IMG/VR virus record: IMGVR_UViG_3300042363_000211
Location: 1 to 58,556 of that record
DNA length: 58,556 bases
Strand: one strand, 5' to 3'
From: a virus
Taxonomy: Duplodnaviria; Caudoviricetes
A model generated the notes under the pieces. That model did no database searches. It had not been told where the DNA came from and saw only the letters and a program-made list of their open reading frames with translations. Both the position numbers and the translations under genes were made by a program. This document shows, one piece after another, positions 10,141 through 20,195 of this stretch; position 1 is the stretch's first letter; each line of letters starts with the position of its first letter.

Positions 10141-11630
10141 GCTAGAACTCCAGCAGCGGTCTCATTCTTGAAACCACCACCCGTTAGGTCAATATTGGCT
10201 ATGACCTTATCCCTAGACTTCTTATCGCTCGGGATTAGAGGCGTGCTTGCAGAGACAGAAACTGGATCTGGAGTTCCTTCTTCCCATGAGACTTCATTGA
10301 TGAGGTAATTCGTAGTGAAGCCAGGTACCCCTCTGATTGTGATTGTCATGCCAGGTCGTAGGAGTTTACCGACGTCTTTATCAACCCTGAATGTTGCCGT
10401 CACTTCAGAATACGCATCATCGGACATTCTCAGGTTCGGTGTCTCCATTGGAACTATCACATACGAATCAAAGTACCCCTGATCGCTTCCAGTAGTGCTA
10501 GACCCAGAAGCCAATCGGTCAATATAGGTCCATGTCTGCTTTCCTACTATTCCGTTTGCTTTCAATCCGTAGTATTTCTGTAGCCGTATAACAGCGTTGT
10601 AGAGAGTTGTGTTGAACTTTCCATCAACAGGGAGAGTCTTTGGGCCAATTCTAGCCTTGATGACATTCTGAATGTACTTAACATGATTTCCTGTTGCCCC
10701 CTTCTTTAGGGTTGGTCGACCTGATGGCCCAACAATTGCCGCAGCGTATCTTGTTGTTGTTCGTGTGGTTGCTGTGGTGTCATCAATAACGGAATAACTG
10801 CTGTCCCACTTGACGATTGTCGTCAAGAAACCAGGAGATGAAGCAGAAGGTGCAAGCGAATACTTGCCTAACAGGAATGACTGAGAACAGAAGAACACTC
10901 GACCGTCTGTCTCGTACAGAAGAAACTGGTTATCTCCGGCAAGGCGTCTCAATACATCCCACGATGATTCATCAGCCTTGTCGTTTCTCACTCTAGAAAT
11001 TGATGATTTAGCTGTTGAGTTCTCACCGAAGAATGACAAGCCAACATTTCTTGCTTTCTCCGACGCAAAGGAGGTTGCTGACCCTCCTGAGTACACCGCC
11101 TTACCTTTGTCTCTCTTGAGTTTCTGAATACCTGCAAGACGACACTCCATAATTATTTCTTCGCCTGCCATACCTTGACGAACCTCAAGAGAAGCAATCT
11201 CAAAGTACTCACCAGCGACCTTTATCTTCTGTCTCAACTGAAAGTAGTTGGCCGACATATAAATCAAACCAGGATCAGAAATAACTATTGTTACCTGACT
11301 AATTTCTGCCATTGAAAGACTTACGGACATACTTGTGATTAGTTCTGATATGTCTGCTGTGCTGCCAACAGCTTTGGCGTATGTCCCGCTTATCTTCTTC
11401 TCAGCAACATCAGATTTCTTCTGCTTGAAAGAGAACTTTGTATTAGAAGCAACAGCGGAAATAGTCCATGTTCCGTTCATATTTGATCCAACACCAGACA
11501 CGACAACCTTGTCCCCAACAGACATATGGTGACTTGTCTTTGTGACGAGTGTTGTCACATCGTTCTTGCGCGATTTCTTAACTACCGTCCCTGGGGTTGC
11601 TGTTTCGCCAAGGACTACCCCCGAGATCAT
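10137..11630 (-). CDS. Baseplate hub (gpD/gp27-like) with inserted peptidoglycan-binding domain
   Basis: ESSWDVLRRLA...DGRVFF and LRPGMTITIRG hub motifs; PTLKKGATG.HVKYIQ...VDGKF...GLKANGIVGKQTW is a PG_binding_1-type domain. Confidence 0.75.
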   Translation of the reverse strand: MISGVVLGETATPGTVVKKSRKNDVTTLVTKTSHHMSVGDKVVVSGVGSNMNGTWTISAVASNTKFSFKQKKSDVAEKKISGTYAKAVGSTADISELITSMSVSLSMAEISQVTIVISDPGLIYMSANYFQLRQKIKVAGEYFEIASLEVRQGMAGEEIIMECRLAGIQKLKRDKGKAVYSGGSATSFASEKARNVGLSFFGENSTAKSSISRVRNDKADESSWDVLRRLAGDNQFLLYETDGRVFFCSQSFLLGKYSLAPSASSPGFLTTIVKWDSSYSVIDDTTATTRTTTRYAAAIVGPSGRPTLKKGATGNHVKYIQNVIKARIGPKTLPVDGKFNTTLYNAVIRLQKYYGLKANGIVGKQTWTYIDRLASGSSTTGSDQGYFDSYVIVPMETPNLRMSDDAYSEVTATFRVDKDVGKLLRPGMTITIRGVPGFTTNYLINEVSWEEGTPDPVSVSASTPLIPSDKKSRDKVIANIDLTGGGFKNETAAGVLA

Positions 11631-12502
11631 GGAGGTGTTGTGACGGTGAAGCCAGTACCGCCAGGGTTCTTTGGCGGCGGTCCAGCAGCAATAACTATGG
11701 CGACCGGGTCGTCACCGACCCTCTGGTTGGTACTGCTTGCTCCAGGGTTTGTTGTCGACTGCCTAGATGCAGGAACGTCTTTGATTCTTGGCATACCAGG
11801 AACTGGCGCAGGAAGAATAACCACTTCGGTAAATGTGATGTTTGCTTCAGCGAGTGTAACTACATTGTTTGTGTCTCTTCTCATTGTCCTGAAAGACAAG
11901 TCTGTGATCCTCCATTTGATTGAAGAGTCAACACCCGGGTAGAAGATATTCAAGTCATAGTCAAGCTGAGCCAATGCTTCAAGAGCGTTTATCTGGGGTT
12001 GAGCAGAACTAAGGAAACTCTTTGCCCCGTCAACAACCATGAGTGTGGCCGTTATCTGCTTTAGTTGTTTGCCTGCTGATTTAAGAACCGGCTTACGACC
12101 TGGACGGCTTATCTCTGAATACACAATCGGGACACGGATTACTGATATTTCATTCGGCGACACAGGGAACACATAAGTGACTCGTTGTAATGACGTAGCG
12201 GATTCTGTTGCAAATGACCTGATGTAGAACTTATTTGATGCCGCGGGCGGAACATCTGGCGTAGGCGAAGCAATGTTTGCTGTGTACTGACTCATAATGG
12301 CAGCGAAATCAATACCACTCAAATTGAGACCAATACCACTGAAATCAATAGATGGAAGTCCACCGAACTCAAATGATGCAGAACGAACAGTCTTGGCATT
12401 CCTCATCTGCCTGGATGAAACGGAACCCTTCTTTGCTACCGTACGCACGCCAGCTGGTGCCCTGGATGCTGGTCTATTGGTTCTTACACTAGGTCTAGCC
12501 AT
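11627..12502 (-). CDS. Tail tube initiator/baseplate-associated protein
   Basis: FPVSPNEI...YSEISRPGRKP...WRITDLS...ANITFTE pattern; directly downstream of the tape measure gene. Confidence 0.6.
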   Translation of the reverse strand: MARPSVRTNRPASRAPAGVRTVAKKGSVSSRQMRNAKTVRSASFEFGGLPSIDFSGIGLNLSGIDFAAIMSQYTANIASPTPDVPPAASNKFYIRSFATESATSLQRVTYVFPVSPNEISVIRVPIVYSEISRPGRKPVLKSAGKQLKQITATLMVVDGAKSFLSSAQPQINALEALAQLDYDLNIFYPGVDSSIKWRITDLSFRTMRRDTNNVVTLAEANITFTEVVILPAPVPGMPRIKDVPASRQSTTNPGASSTNQRVGDDPVAIVIAAGPPPKNPGGTGFTVTTPP

Positions 12503-15500
12503 TATCGTCTCTCACTACTAGTACGTTCAGCGCGCTTGATCTTATCAAGAACCTTGTTTGCAAGAGCTTCCTCGTCCATGCCAGAACTCGCATTTACTTC
12601 AATGGTGTAGTAGTTGCTCGTAGAGCCTCCAGCACCGCCACCACCAGAAACAGGGGAAGAAGAGTCACCGACAGGTGGGACAACATGGAGATGACGTTGT
12701 TCTCCTGGGCCTCCGTGGAACTCTGCAAAGCCGCCAGCTTCCTTCACATTCTGTGAGTAGGAAACAAGGTTGTCACCTGTGAGGTCAAAGGCTCGACCTG
12801 TGGTGTGGTCGGAGTTCAATGACCCAACATTGGTGTTTCGGATGCCCGATGTGACGAGCCGTTTACCTGGTGTCATTGCGTCGAAACTGCTATGTGCAGC
12901 GAGGGTGCGACTGAAACGAGACGTTGTTGTGTCGCCACTTGGTGTTCCGAAGTTGTATAAACCAAACCTCGCAAAGAGTGGAATGACTGCGGGAGGGGTG
13001 GGGTTGAGTGGCCCAGTCATTGTTGCGTTTGGAACAGTAGGAACTACTGGAGGTGCTGGAACTGTTGTTACAGGAGGTGCTGGAGGTGGCTGACCTGTTA
13101 CAGCAGCACGAATAGCATCAGCAGCATAGGCGCCACCCACCTGAAGGGCTTGCTGCATTGCTGAAGCAGAGTTCTGAATAGTTCCGCCGAGCATTGTTTG
13201 AAGTTTGCCCATCGTTTCAGGAGTTACCTCAATGCCTTGAGTCTGAAGGAATCTAGCCAAATCAGTTGTTCCAGAATTGATTGCTTCACCGATTGAAGCT
13301 CCTCCAGCCATAGCCGCAGCAGCATTCTGAGAAGCAAGCAACATCTGGTCTTCAAAGTCTTTGTTGAACTTGCCGTCAAACTGCATACGCGCAAACGGGT
13401 CAGTCTTTGCGTTATTAATCTTGTCAAGCATTCCTCCTGAACGTTGACCTGTTGTTGCATCAACGTTCCCATAGATTGAGTTCTCAAGTTGAGAAATAAC
13501 AGAACTGGATACGCCACTACTGGAGGCCTGAGTGAGTAATGTCTTGAGTTGATTCTGAAGCAGCCCATCTTGACCAGCACCACCAGTCAAAGTTGCGAAA
13601 TCAACATTTCCAGCAGCAAGTTCAGCCATAGAGTTGTTAATGACCTCGTTGAGAGTCTCGCCGGCAACCCTTGTGCCTTCAGATACACTGATATTTCCCT
13701 TTGTGGCAAACATTGTCTGGAGTTGTGTTTCAAGACGACTACGGGACTCAGCAATATCCATGTCGGATTGTGTCTGAGCAAACAATGCGCGACCGAGACG
13801 GCCAGCACCGTTGGCTACACGTGTTGCCGTATCTCCAACCATTCCAATCAGTTTGTTGAAATCTTGAATACCAGGAAGCGTCTCTGAAAGAGAACGACCC
13901 GTCTTGGCAAACAAATCAGCAACCTGATCCATACTGATGCCAAGACTGTCGGTAATTGACGATGTTGCTTTGCTGTTCTCTGTGAAAGCCTTCTGTTTCT
14001 TGTCAATGTCTTCAAGAGCCTGTTTATATGCTTCCGTACCAGCAGCAACATCTGGGTACTTCTCCTTGAGTGCATCAAGATCTTTGTTCATTTGCTCAAT
14101 GTCGCCGTCGTACTGAAGACCAGCAAAGAAATCGATAGCGCCGAAAGCTCCCTTGCCTGCGCCCTTGCCATCCATTCTGTCAATAACAGCCTTAGAAGCA
14201 CCCTTTGACCTCAGGAAATCCCTAGCAAGATTCTCCACATTGTTGTTCTCGCCGTCGTAAGTCTTCCCATCTAATGTCCCACCCGTGAACTTCAAGCCTT
14301 GGCTCTTTCCGCCATGACCAGTCCATCCGAAGGTGCTTCCCCTCTCGGCGCTCTTGAAATCCACTTTGCGCGCACCAGTTCGCTGCATCGCATACAACCT
14401 GAACTGTTCTCTCATACTGACACGAGCTTTCGTCTGATCAGCCTTTGCTTGATCAATACGATCTTGAAGATTCGTCTTAGAGCCAGCCGTCAACTGGTCA
14501 AGACCTATCTGTGTTGTAGAAGCAGCTTCTCTTGCGGCGTCAAAGTCCGCAGTAGTGTTGAAAGTCTTACCGCCAAACACATCGTTTCGGACATTGCCAA
14601 TAGACGTCTTTGCTTGTTGTTCCTGAAGTTTCTTAGCATTCCTAAAGCCAGAAATACCACCAATAACACCACCAGCAAGAGCACCAACAAGCATTCCATA
14701 TGGGCCGAAAGCCGCACCCATAGAAGCACCCATTCCTGCACCGCCCAAAGCCCCGCCAGCAGCTGCCATACCTTGATTTGTCCCAGCCCTCTGTTGTACA
14801 TAGGAGCCAAGCATTGTTGCCCCGACACTTGCAGCCATCATGCCTGCTGACTTACCAAACTGTTTCGCCGAATCCTTCACGAATGCTTTAGCCTGGGTCT
14901 TGCCAGCCAATTTCGCCGCCGCATCAGCATCTTTCCTAATTTGAGCTCTCGTAACAGGATCTTTATGTGCGCCGCGAATCGTGTTCATATCACGTGCCCG
15001 CTTCAAAGCTTCTTTATCGTCAACCGACATTCCCGTCCTTGTATCAAGATAACCACCCATCATTGGGTCTTTCCTCAATCCAAGAAGGTGAGGATTCGCC
15101 ATTAGTCTCTTGTCTTCGGCATGCGCGTCTCTTAGTGAGAATCTTGCGTGATCACCGAAACTGGAAGCGTACGCACCTTGATAAGCACCACTCACACTCT
15201 TTGATGCCATGAGTGACGACATCCCAAATCCCATACCGTTACGCATATTCTGAGCGAACTGCCCGCCACGTTGACCCGACAACAAAGCCGATGGGAGAAC
15301 GCCTGCGCCAGCGGCTCTGTTTGCTGCATAATTAGAATTGCTCGTAGCCCCGGCTTGTGTTCTAGATCCAAACCCAGACATTCCAAGCATCAACGGCATT
15401 GCGAGCATCCCGAGAGGTCCAGCCCCCATCATCCCCATTCCAGCAGCACCAGCAACACCAGCTTTAGCGCCACCCCTGCCACCCATCATCTTGCCCATAA

Positions 15501-17043
15501 GCAGAAGAGGGAGAAGCATCTTGAACGGGCCGCCAGTAAGGCTCGCAACAACACTGCTCAATCCGAGGAACATCTGAAGGATTGGGGCTAAGACTGCCTT
15601 CAACTGGAACAAGCCATCAATGACGTTGTGAAGGATGTCGCCAAAGTTCTCAATAGCAACAGTGAACCCATCTAGGCTTTGACCCTCAATGAGACCGTTG
15701 AACTTTGTCATGGCGTAAGAAAGGTTCTCTCCAATCACTTTCGCAATCGGTTTCAGAACACTCTTGTAAAGTTTGTTCCAGCCTGCCGTCATTCTCTCAA
15801 GCGCACCACCCATGCCACCAAAGAAGTTACGGATAGCGATACCCATACCTTTGATCTTGTCGCCCCATCCTAGAATGTTTGCCATGTTGGCGTTGATTGA
15901 GTTTGCAAGCTTGTCAAACATCCTGGTAATCACATTGTTGTTTGCGTCACCAATCTTGAACAGTTGAGGAAATACCTTCTGAAGTGTTCCGTTAATCTTC
16001 AGAACAAAGGTGCTGATTTCGCGTTCAATCAGATTGATTGGTCCCTGGAATGTCTTCAGGAACGGTTCACCAAGACGCGTTAACTGCTCCTTGACACCTC
16101 TGAACGAAGCTTTCAACTTTCCGACAATAGTGTTGTTGATTTGCTCAAGAGCACCATTGAAAGGAACAAGGGCTTTGAGTTTGCCTTCGTTGACAGCATC
16201 AAAGAACTTCTTGTATGTAACTGTTCCGGCCGCAGCAGCCGCTGCGCCCTTCTTTGTACCGCCAGCCATCTCATCGAAAGCCTTAGCAAGCATTGGAGCT
16301 GACTGCTGAAGTTCTCCGTAGGTCTTAGCAGTTACCTTCTTGTCCTTCTCCATCTGCATGAAGGTCTTCTGGATTTCAGCAAGTTTCTTCGGGTCGCCCA
16401 TAGAGAAGTCGGCGTACCGTGCAAGTTGGTTACGGAAAGCAGCATCAATCGTCTTGCCCTGAGAAGCGGCTGACTGAATAATGCTTCCCATAGTCTTTGC
16501 GTCAAACATTGCGAAACGTCTGTCTGCATAGACAGCGTTCATTTGTGATCGAGACTCTTTCATCCCGCCCATCAGTGGAGCCATAGTCGCAGCTTGCAGT
16601 TCTCGCATAGCCGCTAGAACCGTACCTATGGCCGCTATAGCGACCCCTGCGGCGGCTCCAGTCCCCCTTAGGAGGGCGTGGAAGCCTTTCATGGCGTATT
16701 GCCCTGCCACGAGGGCTAACTTCATCGCTGCGAGCGCTGCGGTGAAAGCAAGGAACTCAATGCCAGCTATCTTGGCGAACTTGCCGAGCCTTCCGAACAT
16801 GTTCTTGAGGGTCTCACCAGTCTTGGCGAGTTTGTCGTGATCACCAGACAATTTCTTGCTGGTCTTAGACATGTTGTCAAGGTCGTTGTTGAACGACTTG
16901 CTTGCACCAGAAGCACCCTTGGAGGACTGCTCTAATGCTTTGAGACGCTTCTCTAACGCCGCTAGACGGGCTTCAGCACCAGCATCATCAACATCTACCT
17001 TGATGTTTACATTGGCGGTTGCTCCGCCACCAGTCATGCTCAT
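12502..17043 (-). CDS. Tape measure protein with C-terminal M15-type zinc peptidase domain
   Basis: 1513 aa, Ala/Gly-rich and helical with hydrophobic segments, following the chaperone; C-terminal SDHTTGRAFD and HLHV motifs. Confidence 0.9.
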   Translation of the reverse strand: MSMTGGGATANVNIKVDVDDAGAEARLAALEKRLKALEQSSKGASGASKSFNNDLDNMSKTSKKLSGDHDKLAKTGETLKNMFGRLGKFAKIAGIEFLAFTAALAAMKLALVAGQYAMKGFHALLRGTGAAAGVAIAAIGTVLAAMRELQAATMAPLMGGMKESRSQMNAVYADRRFAMFDAKTMGSIIQSAASQGKTIDAAFRNQLARYADFSMGDPKKLAEIQKTFMQMEKDKKVTAKTYGELQQSAPMLAKAFDEMAGGTKKGAAAAAAGTVTYKKFFDAVNEGKLKALVPFNGALEQINNTIVGKLKASFRGVKEQLTRLGEPFLKTFQGPINLIEREISTFVLKINGTLQKVFPQLFKIGDANNNVITRMFDKLANSINANMANILGWGDKIKGMGIAIRNFFGGMGGALERMTAGWNKLYKSVLKPIAKVIGENLSYAMTKFNGLIEGQSLDGFTVAIENFGDILHNVIDGLFQLKAVLAPILQMFLGLSSVVASLTGGPFKMLLPLLLMGKMMGGRGGAKAGVAGAAGMGMMGAGPLGMLAMPLMLGMSGFGSRTQAGATSNSNYAANRAAGAGVLPSALLSGQRGGQFAQNMRNGMGFGMSSLMASKSVSGAYQGAYASSFGDHARFSLRDAHAEDKRLMANPHLLGLRKDPMMGGYLDTRTGMSVDDKEALKRARDMNTIRGAHKDPVTRAQIRKDADAAAKLAGKTQAKAFVKDSAKQFGKSAGMMAASVGATMLGSYVQQRAGTNQGMAAAGGALGGAGMGASMGAAFGPYGMLVGALAGGVIGGISGFRNAKKLQEQQAKTSIGNVRNDVFGGKTFNTTADFDAAREAASTTQIGLDQLTAGSKTNLQDRIDQAKADQTKARVSMREQFRLYAMQRTGARKVDFKSAERGSTFGWTGHGGKSQGLKFTGGTLDGKTYDGENNNVENLARDFLRSKGASKAVIDRMDGKGAGKGAFGAIDFFAGLQYDGDIEQMNKDLDALKEKYPDVAAGTEAYKQALEDIDKKQKAFTENSKATSSITDSLGISMDQVADLFAKTGRSLSETLPGIQDFNKLIGMVGDTATRVANGAGRLGRALFAQTQSDMDIAESRSRLETQLQTMFATKGNISVSEGTRVAGETLNEVINNSMAELAAGNVDFATLTGGAGQDGLLQNQLKTLLTQASSSGVSSSVISQLENSIYGNVDATTGQRSGGMLDKINNAKTDPFARMQFDGKFNKDFEDQMLLASQNAAAAMAGGASIGEAINSGTTDLARFLQTQGIEVTPETMGKLQTMLGGTIQNSASAMQQALQVGGAYAADAIRAAVTGQPPPAPPVTTVPAPPVVPTVPNATMTGPLNPTPPAVIPLFARFGLYNFGTPSGDTTTSRFSRTLAAHSSFDAMTPGKRLVTSGIRNTNVGSLNSDHTTGRAFDLTGDNLVSYSQNVKEAGGFAEFHGGPGEQRHLHVVPPVGDSSSPVSGGGGAGGSTSNYYTIEVNASSGMDEEALANKVLDKIKRAERTSSERR

Positions 17044-17083
17044 TGCTAGTCACCCCCTCCGTTAGTTAGGACGGCAACCACAG

Positions 17084-17278
17084 CTATTTAGCCTTCATTT
17101 GCTTGGCTTGCTCTTCATGGTCGCGCGAGATGACTTTAGCACAGGCAACTCTTAGCAACCACAAATGCTCAGATGAGTCAAGCACCGAAATCGGGTCTAT
17201 GTGGAATGTCTCTGCGACTCTCGCCGAAGAGATTATGTAGGGATCTTCAAGCAGCCACTCTATGGCTGCTTCGTAGGG
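17084..17278 (-). CDS. Probable frameshift extension (T-like segment) of the tail assembly chaperone
   Basis: 65-codon open -1 frame (PYEAAIEWLLEDPYIISSARVAETFHIDP...KAK*) with no clear start of its own, filling the gap to the tape measure gene. Confidence 0.6.
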   Translation of the reverse strand, partial: PYEAAIEWLLEDPYIISSARVAETFHIDPISVLDSSEHLWLLRVACAKVISRDHEEQAKQMKAK

Positions 17279-17748
17279 TCCACCTGTTCGACGCTGTCGT
17301 TAAATCCCGCAGCCTCCATGATCGCCAGAGCTGTAGCTTCAATGTGTGGCTCAACAACATAAATGGAACGAATTGCGTCCTGGACTCGATCTGCACCGAC
17401 CATGTTCATGATGTCATCAGAACCGAAAGTTACAGGCTCTGTGTTCTTGTCGGTGACAATTTCATTGTCAATAAGGATTCCAGAGCAAGTGTTAGCAAGC
17501 ACGTAGCAAGCAAACTTAGTTGCGTCCATGCCGTTCTTGGTGTCTTCACCAGAGTTACGTCGCCATGCGCGAACCTGATTCTGGTTGATGTTTGGTGAGT
17601 AACGAATAACCATTGATGGGCGTTCCGGAACCTCAAGATGAATCTCGGGTCGGCGTACCTTCTTGGCTAGTTCGCTCTTCAGCCTGTCAAGAACATTGCT
17701 GCTCTCAACTTTGGCCGTGTAAAGCTCGTCGTCAGTATTGAAGTCCAT
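17260..17748 (-). CDS. Tail assembly chaperone
   Basis: Lies between the tube and tape measure genes; GGAGG RBS; followed by an overlapping -1 frame. Confidence 0.75.
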   Translation of the reverse strand: MDFNTDDELYTAKVESSNVLDRLKSELAKKVRRPEIHLEVPERPSMVIRYSPNINQNQVRAWRRNSGEDTKNGMDATKFACYVLANTCSGILIDNEIVTDKNTEPVTFGSDDIMNMVGADRVQDAIRSIYVVEPHIEATALAIMEAAGFNDSVEQVDPTKQP

Positions 17749-17823
17749 AGGGTTATTCCTCCGTAGTAATAAGCAGTCTGTTCAGACTGAACAAACCATA
17801 TCACGAGGGCGACCCTGTGGGGA

Positions 17824-18309
17824 CTACGCCGTCTTTGGTGTTGAGGTTGAGTCTGTTGACTTGCTTACAGCAAATGTCAGTGAGAATGTGGCAGGTCCAC
17901 CTGATGAGGCGTCGCCGTCTGGCTCTGTGATGTTCACAAGGATACAGTTCTCGTATTGACGGGTGTAGCCGACTTGTGAGCCGTCTGCGTCAAGGGTGAT
18001 GATTTCAACCTTGAAGTACTTCCTGCCAACTTTGTCCCTATATGTTGAGATCAACGGAGCATCAACCAAAGGATCGTAATGACGAGTGACCGTTACGTCG
18101 CCAACTTCAATAACTGAAGGAAGAACTTCAGGGAATGTTGATCCACCGTCGTAAACCTTCTCAACCGAAGCCTGTACTTCGCCACCAGAAACCTGGGAGA
18201 AGTATGGACGGGTGTCTGACGAGAACTGGTTAGTTGTCTCAACGTTGCCGCCTACGCCAGTCAAAGAGGTGACTTTAGCGACTACTTGTCTCTGGGAAAT
18301 CTTTGCCAT
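17824..18309 (-). CDS. Tail tube protein
   Basis: 161 aa directly after the sheath; FSQVSGG...GDVTVTR...FSLTF pattern. Confidence 0.8.
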   Translation of the reverse strand: MAKISQRQVVAKVTSLTGVGGNVETTNQFSSDTRPYFSQVSGGEVQASVEKVYDGGSTFPEVLPSVIEVGDVTVTRHYDPLVDAPLISTYRDKVGRKYFKVEIITLDADGSQVGYTRQYENCILVNITEPDGDASSGGPATFSLTFAVSKSTDSTSTPKTA

Positions 18310-18327
18310 TGTCTGTTATTCCTTCTG

Positions 18328-19806
18328 TTACAAAGCCGTCGTCAAAGACGACTTGGTGATTGTGAGTGTGATCAGGTCTGCAACACCAGAGACACGCACA
18401 CCGATGGAAGCACTGATCTTTCCTTCGGCAAGTGCAGTAACTGGGTTGAGAGCGTCTGACACATCGACTAAGTAGCCGCGGTCAATGTCGTTACCGACAG
18501 CGTCAACCATTGCGTAAACGCCACCCTTGTCCTTGACGTTCTCCATGATTGAGGTCAAAGTTGAAGCGATTGCTCCAAAGAGGGTCTTCCTGCTGTCAAT
18601 TGTTGAGAACACATACTGCTCAAGAGCCTTCTCGGACTCAGAAGCAATCTGGTTAACTGTGTCGCGGTACGTGATGTACCTCCAGTTTGCAGTGTCATTT
18701 GATGCGGAACGAGCACCATAGATGCGTACCTGTCCGTCAATGACGCGGATTGCGTTCACTTTGCCTTCGTCAAGCGCGTTAGAGATGGTCTTTGGAACCT
18801 TCGTCGTTGCACCGTTAGAGGAAAGACCTGTTACGTACCGTGAAGATGAGGAAACTCCTGCACCTGGCTTCCACGGACCGCCAACAGCGATGACTTGACG
18901 AGCTCTAGCGGCAGCGGCGTAGGACTCGGGGCTGATGACCCTTGTTGATCCGAGACCGTCAGGAACTACAACTTGTGGCCAGAAGAACGCAAGATGACTT
19001 GCATTTGATTTAGCTGTTGCAGTGCTTCCACCGTAGTTTCCTGCTGCTGTAATGGCTGAAGTGTAAGAAGTTGCAGCACTGAAGCTTGCGTATGCAACCT
19101 TGCGAGTTGCTACTGCGTGAGCAAGAAGAGCGTCCCAGATGTCTGTTCCGTAGTATCCAGGAGTGGCTACTACGCCAGTACCGAAATCTTCAGAGAAATC
19201 AGCAAGAGCCGCAATGATTGTTGCGTCAACAACATCGTCAAGCTTGGCATCACCATCTTCAAGTGTTACGTCACTGCTGTACGGGATACCAGTTGAAGCA
19301 CCTGCGGTGGCTACGAGGATGTTTGGAATTGAGGAGTTGATGTCAGCAATTGCTTGAGCACTAGTGGTGTATCCAGAACCAGCAAAGATTTCAGCACCCT
19401 TGAGCGTGATTGAGATCGAGAACTCACTGCCACTCTTTACAACTTCAGCCGTGATTGAGTCACCCCAAACGCCAGGGTTAGCAGCCGTGAGGTTGATAGC
19501 GATAGCTCCAGCGAGACCGTCAAGAAGAGTTCCCGATGATGCAACTGCTGCGGTATCTGTACCTACAACCCTACGAACAACGGCACGGATGCCACCTTCT
19601 TCAAAGAATGTCTGAACATGCTGATAAAGGAGGCCGTCACCTGTGTAGTCACCGTATTCGGCAACAAACTCGGCCATACTCCTGACGACAAATGCGTCGG
19701 TAGTACCGCGCTCTGCAATGCCCACAATAAACAGCGTGCTGCTTGGGGCCTGTTCTGCACCGGCACCGCCGATACGAACACCTGTGTTGACGACTACGCC
19801 CGGCAT
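18328..19806 (-). CDS. Contractile tail sheath protein
   Basis: MPGVVV start, FIVGIAERG, FFEEGG, PGVWGD, VNAIR...RIYGARS...WRYI and YVFSTID motifs. Confidence 0.93.
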   Translation of the reverse strand: MPGVVVNTGVRIGGAGAEQAPSSTLFIVGIAERGTTDAFVVRSMAEFVAEYGDYTGDGLLYQHVQTFFEEGGIRAVVRRVVGTDTAAVASSGTLLDGLAGAIAINLTAANPGVWGDSITAEVVKSGSEFSISITLKGAEIFAGSGYTTSAQAIADINSSIPNILVATAGASTGIPYSSDVTLEDGDAKLDDVVDATIIAALADFSEDFGTGVVATPGYYGTDIWDALLAHAVATRKVAYASFSAATSYTSAITAAGNYGGSTATAKSNASHLAFFWPQVVVPDGLGSTRVISPESYAAAARARQVIAVGGPWKPGAGVSSSSRYVTGLSSNGATTKVPKTISNALDEGKVNAIRVIDGQVRIYGARSASNDTANWRYITYRDTVNQIASESEKALEQYVFSTIDSRKTLFGAIASTLTSIMENVKDKGGVYAMVDAVGNDIDRGYLVDVSDALNPVTALAEGKISASIGVRVSGVADLITLTITKSSLTTAL

Positions 19807-20195
19807 TAGTTCTCCTTCGCCACTTTGTTCTTTGTGGATTTCTTGGTCTTGGTTTCTTCGCCTTCAGCGTCAGAATCTTCTTCCGCTGTAAGGTTTGCTT
19901 CTTCTGCTTCGTCAGCGACTGCTTCTTCGTCGAGTTTGACCTCGGGTTCCGATTCTGTGACTGGCTCTGGTTCGGGAGCTACGACTGGTTCCTCAGGCTT
20001 TGATGCCGAAGTATCCTGCTGTGAGGACAATAGCACCACAGCACCACAGTTGAGTGCAGAGGTCAATACCTCGTCATTGAGTTCAACTTCTGCTGAAGTG
20101 CGTGCAGCAACGGAACGACCGTTTGTAGAGATCTGGACGCGTTCTTGCGTTACGTTAAAGATTGTTCCTGTGGCCATGCCGGCAATACTAGCCAT
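19806..20195 (-). CDS. Hypothetical protein with acidic/Pro-rich tail
   Basis: Coupled ORF between the tail terminator and sheath genes. Confidence 0.6.
   Translation of the reverse strand: MASIAGMATGTIFNVTQERVQISTNGRSVAARTSAEVELNDEVLTSALNCGAVVLLSSQQDTSASKPEEPVVAPEPEPVTESEPEVKLDEEAVADEAEEANLTAEEDSDAEGEETKTKKSTKNKVAKEN

Noticed and set aside
17237-17280. CCCTAC repeated on both sides of the stop-containing hairpin, suggesting a T4 gene 60-like ribosomal hop
   Set aside because: The matching CCT codon is in frame 0 and is followed by ACA TAA. A simple -1 slip explains the open frame better.
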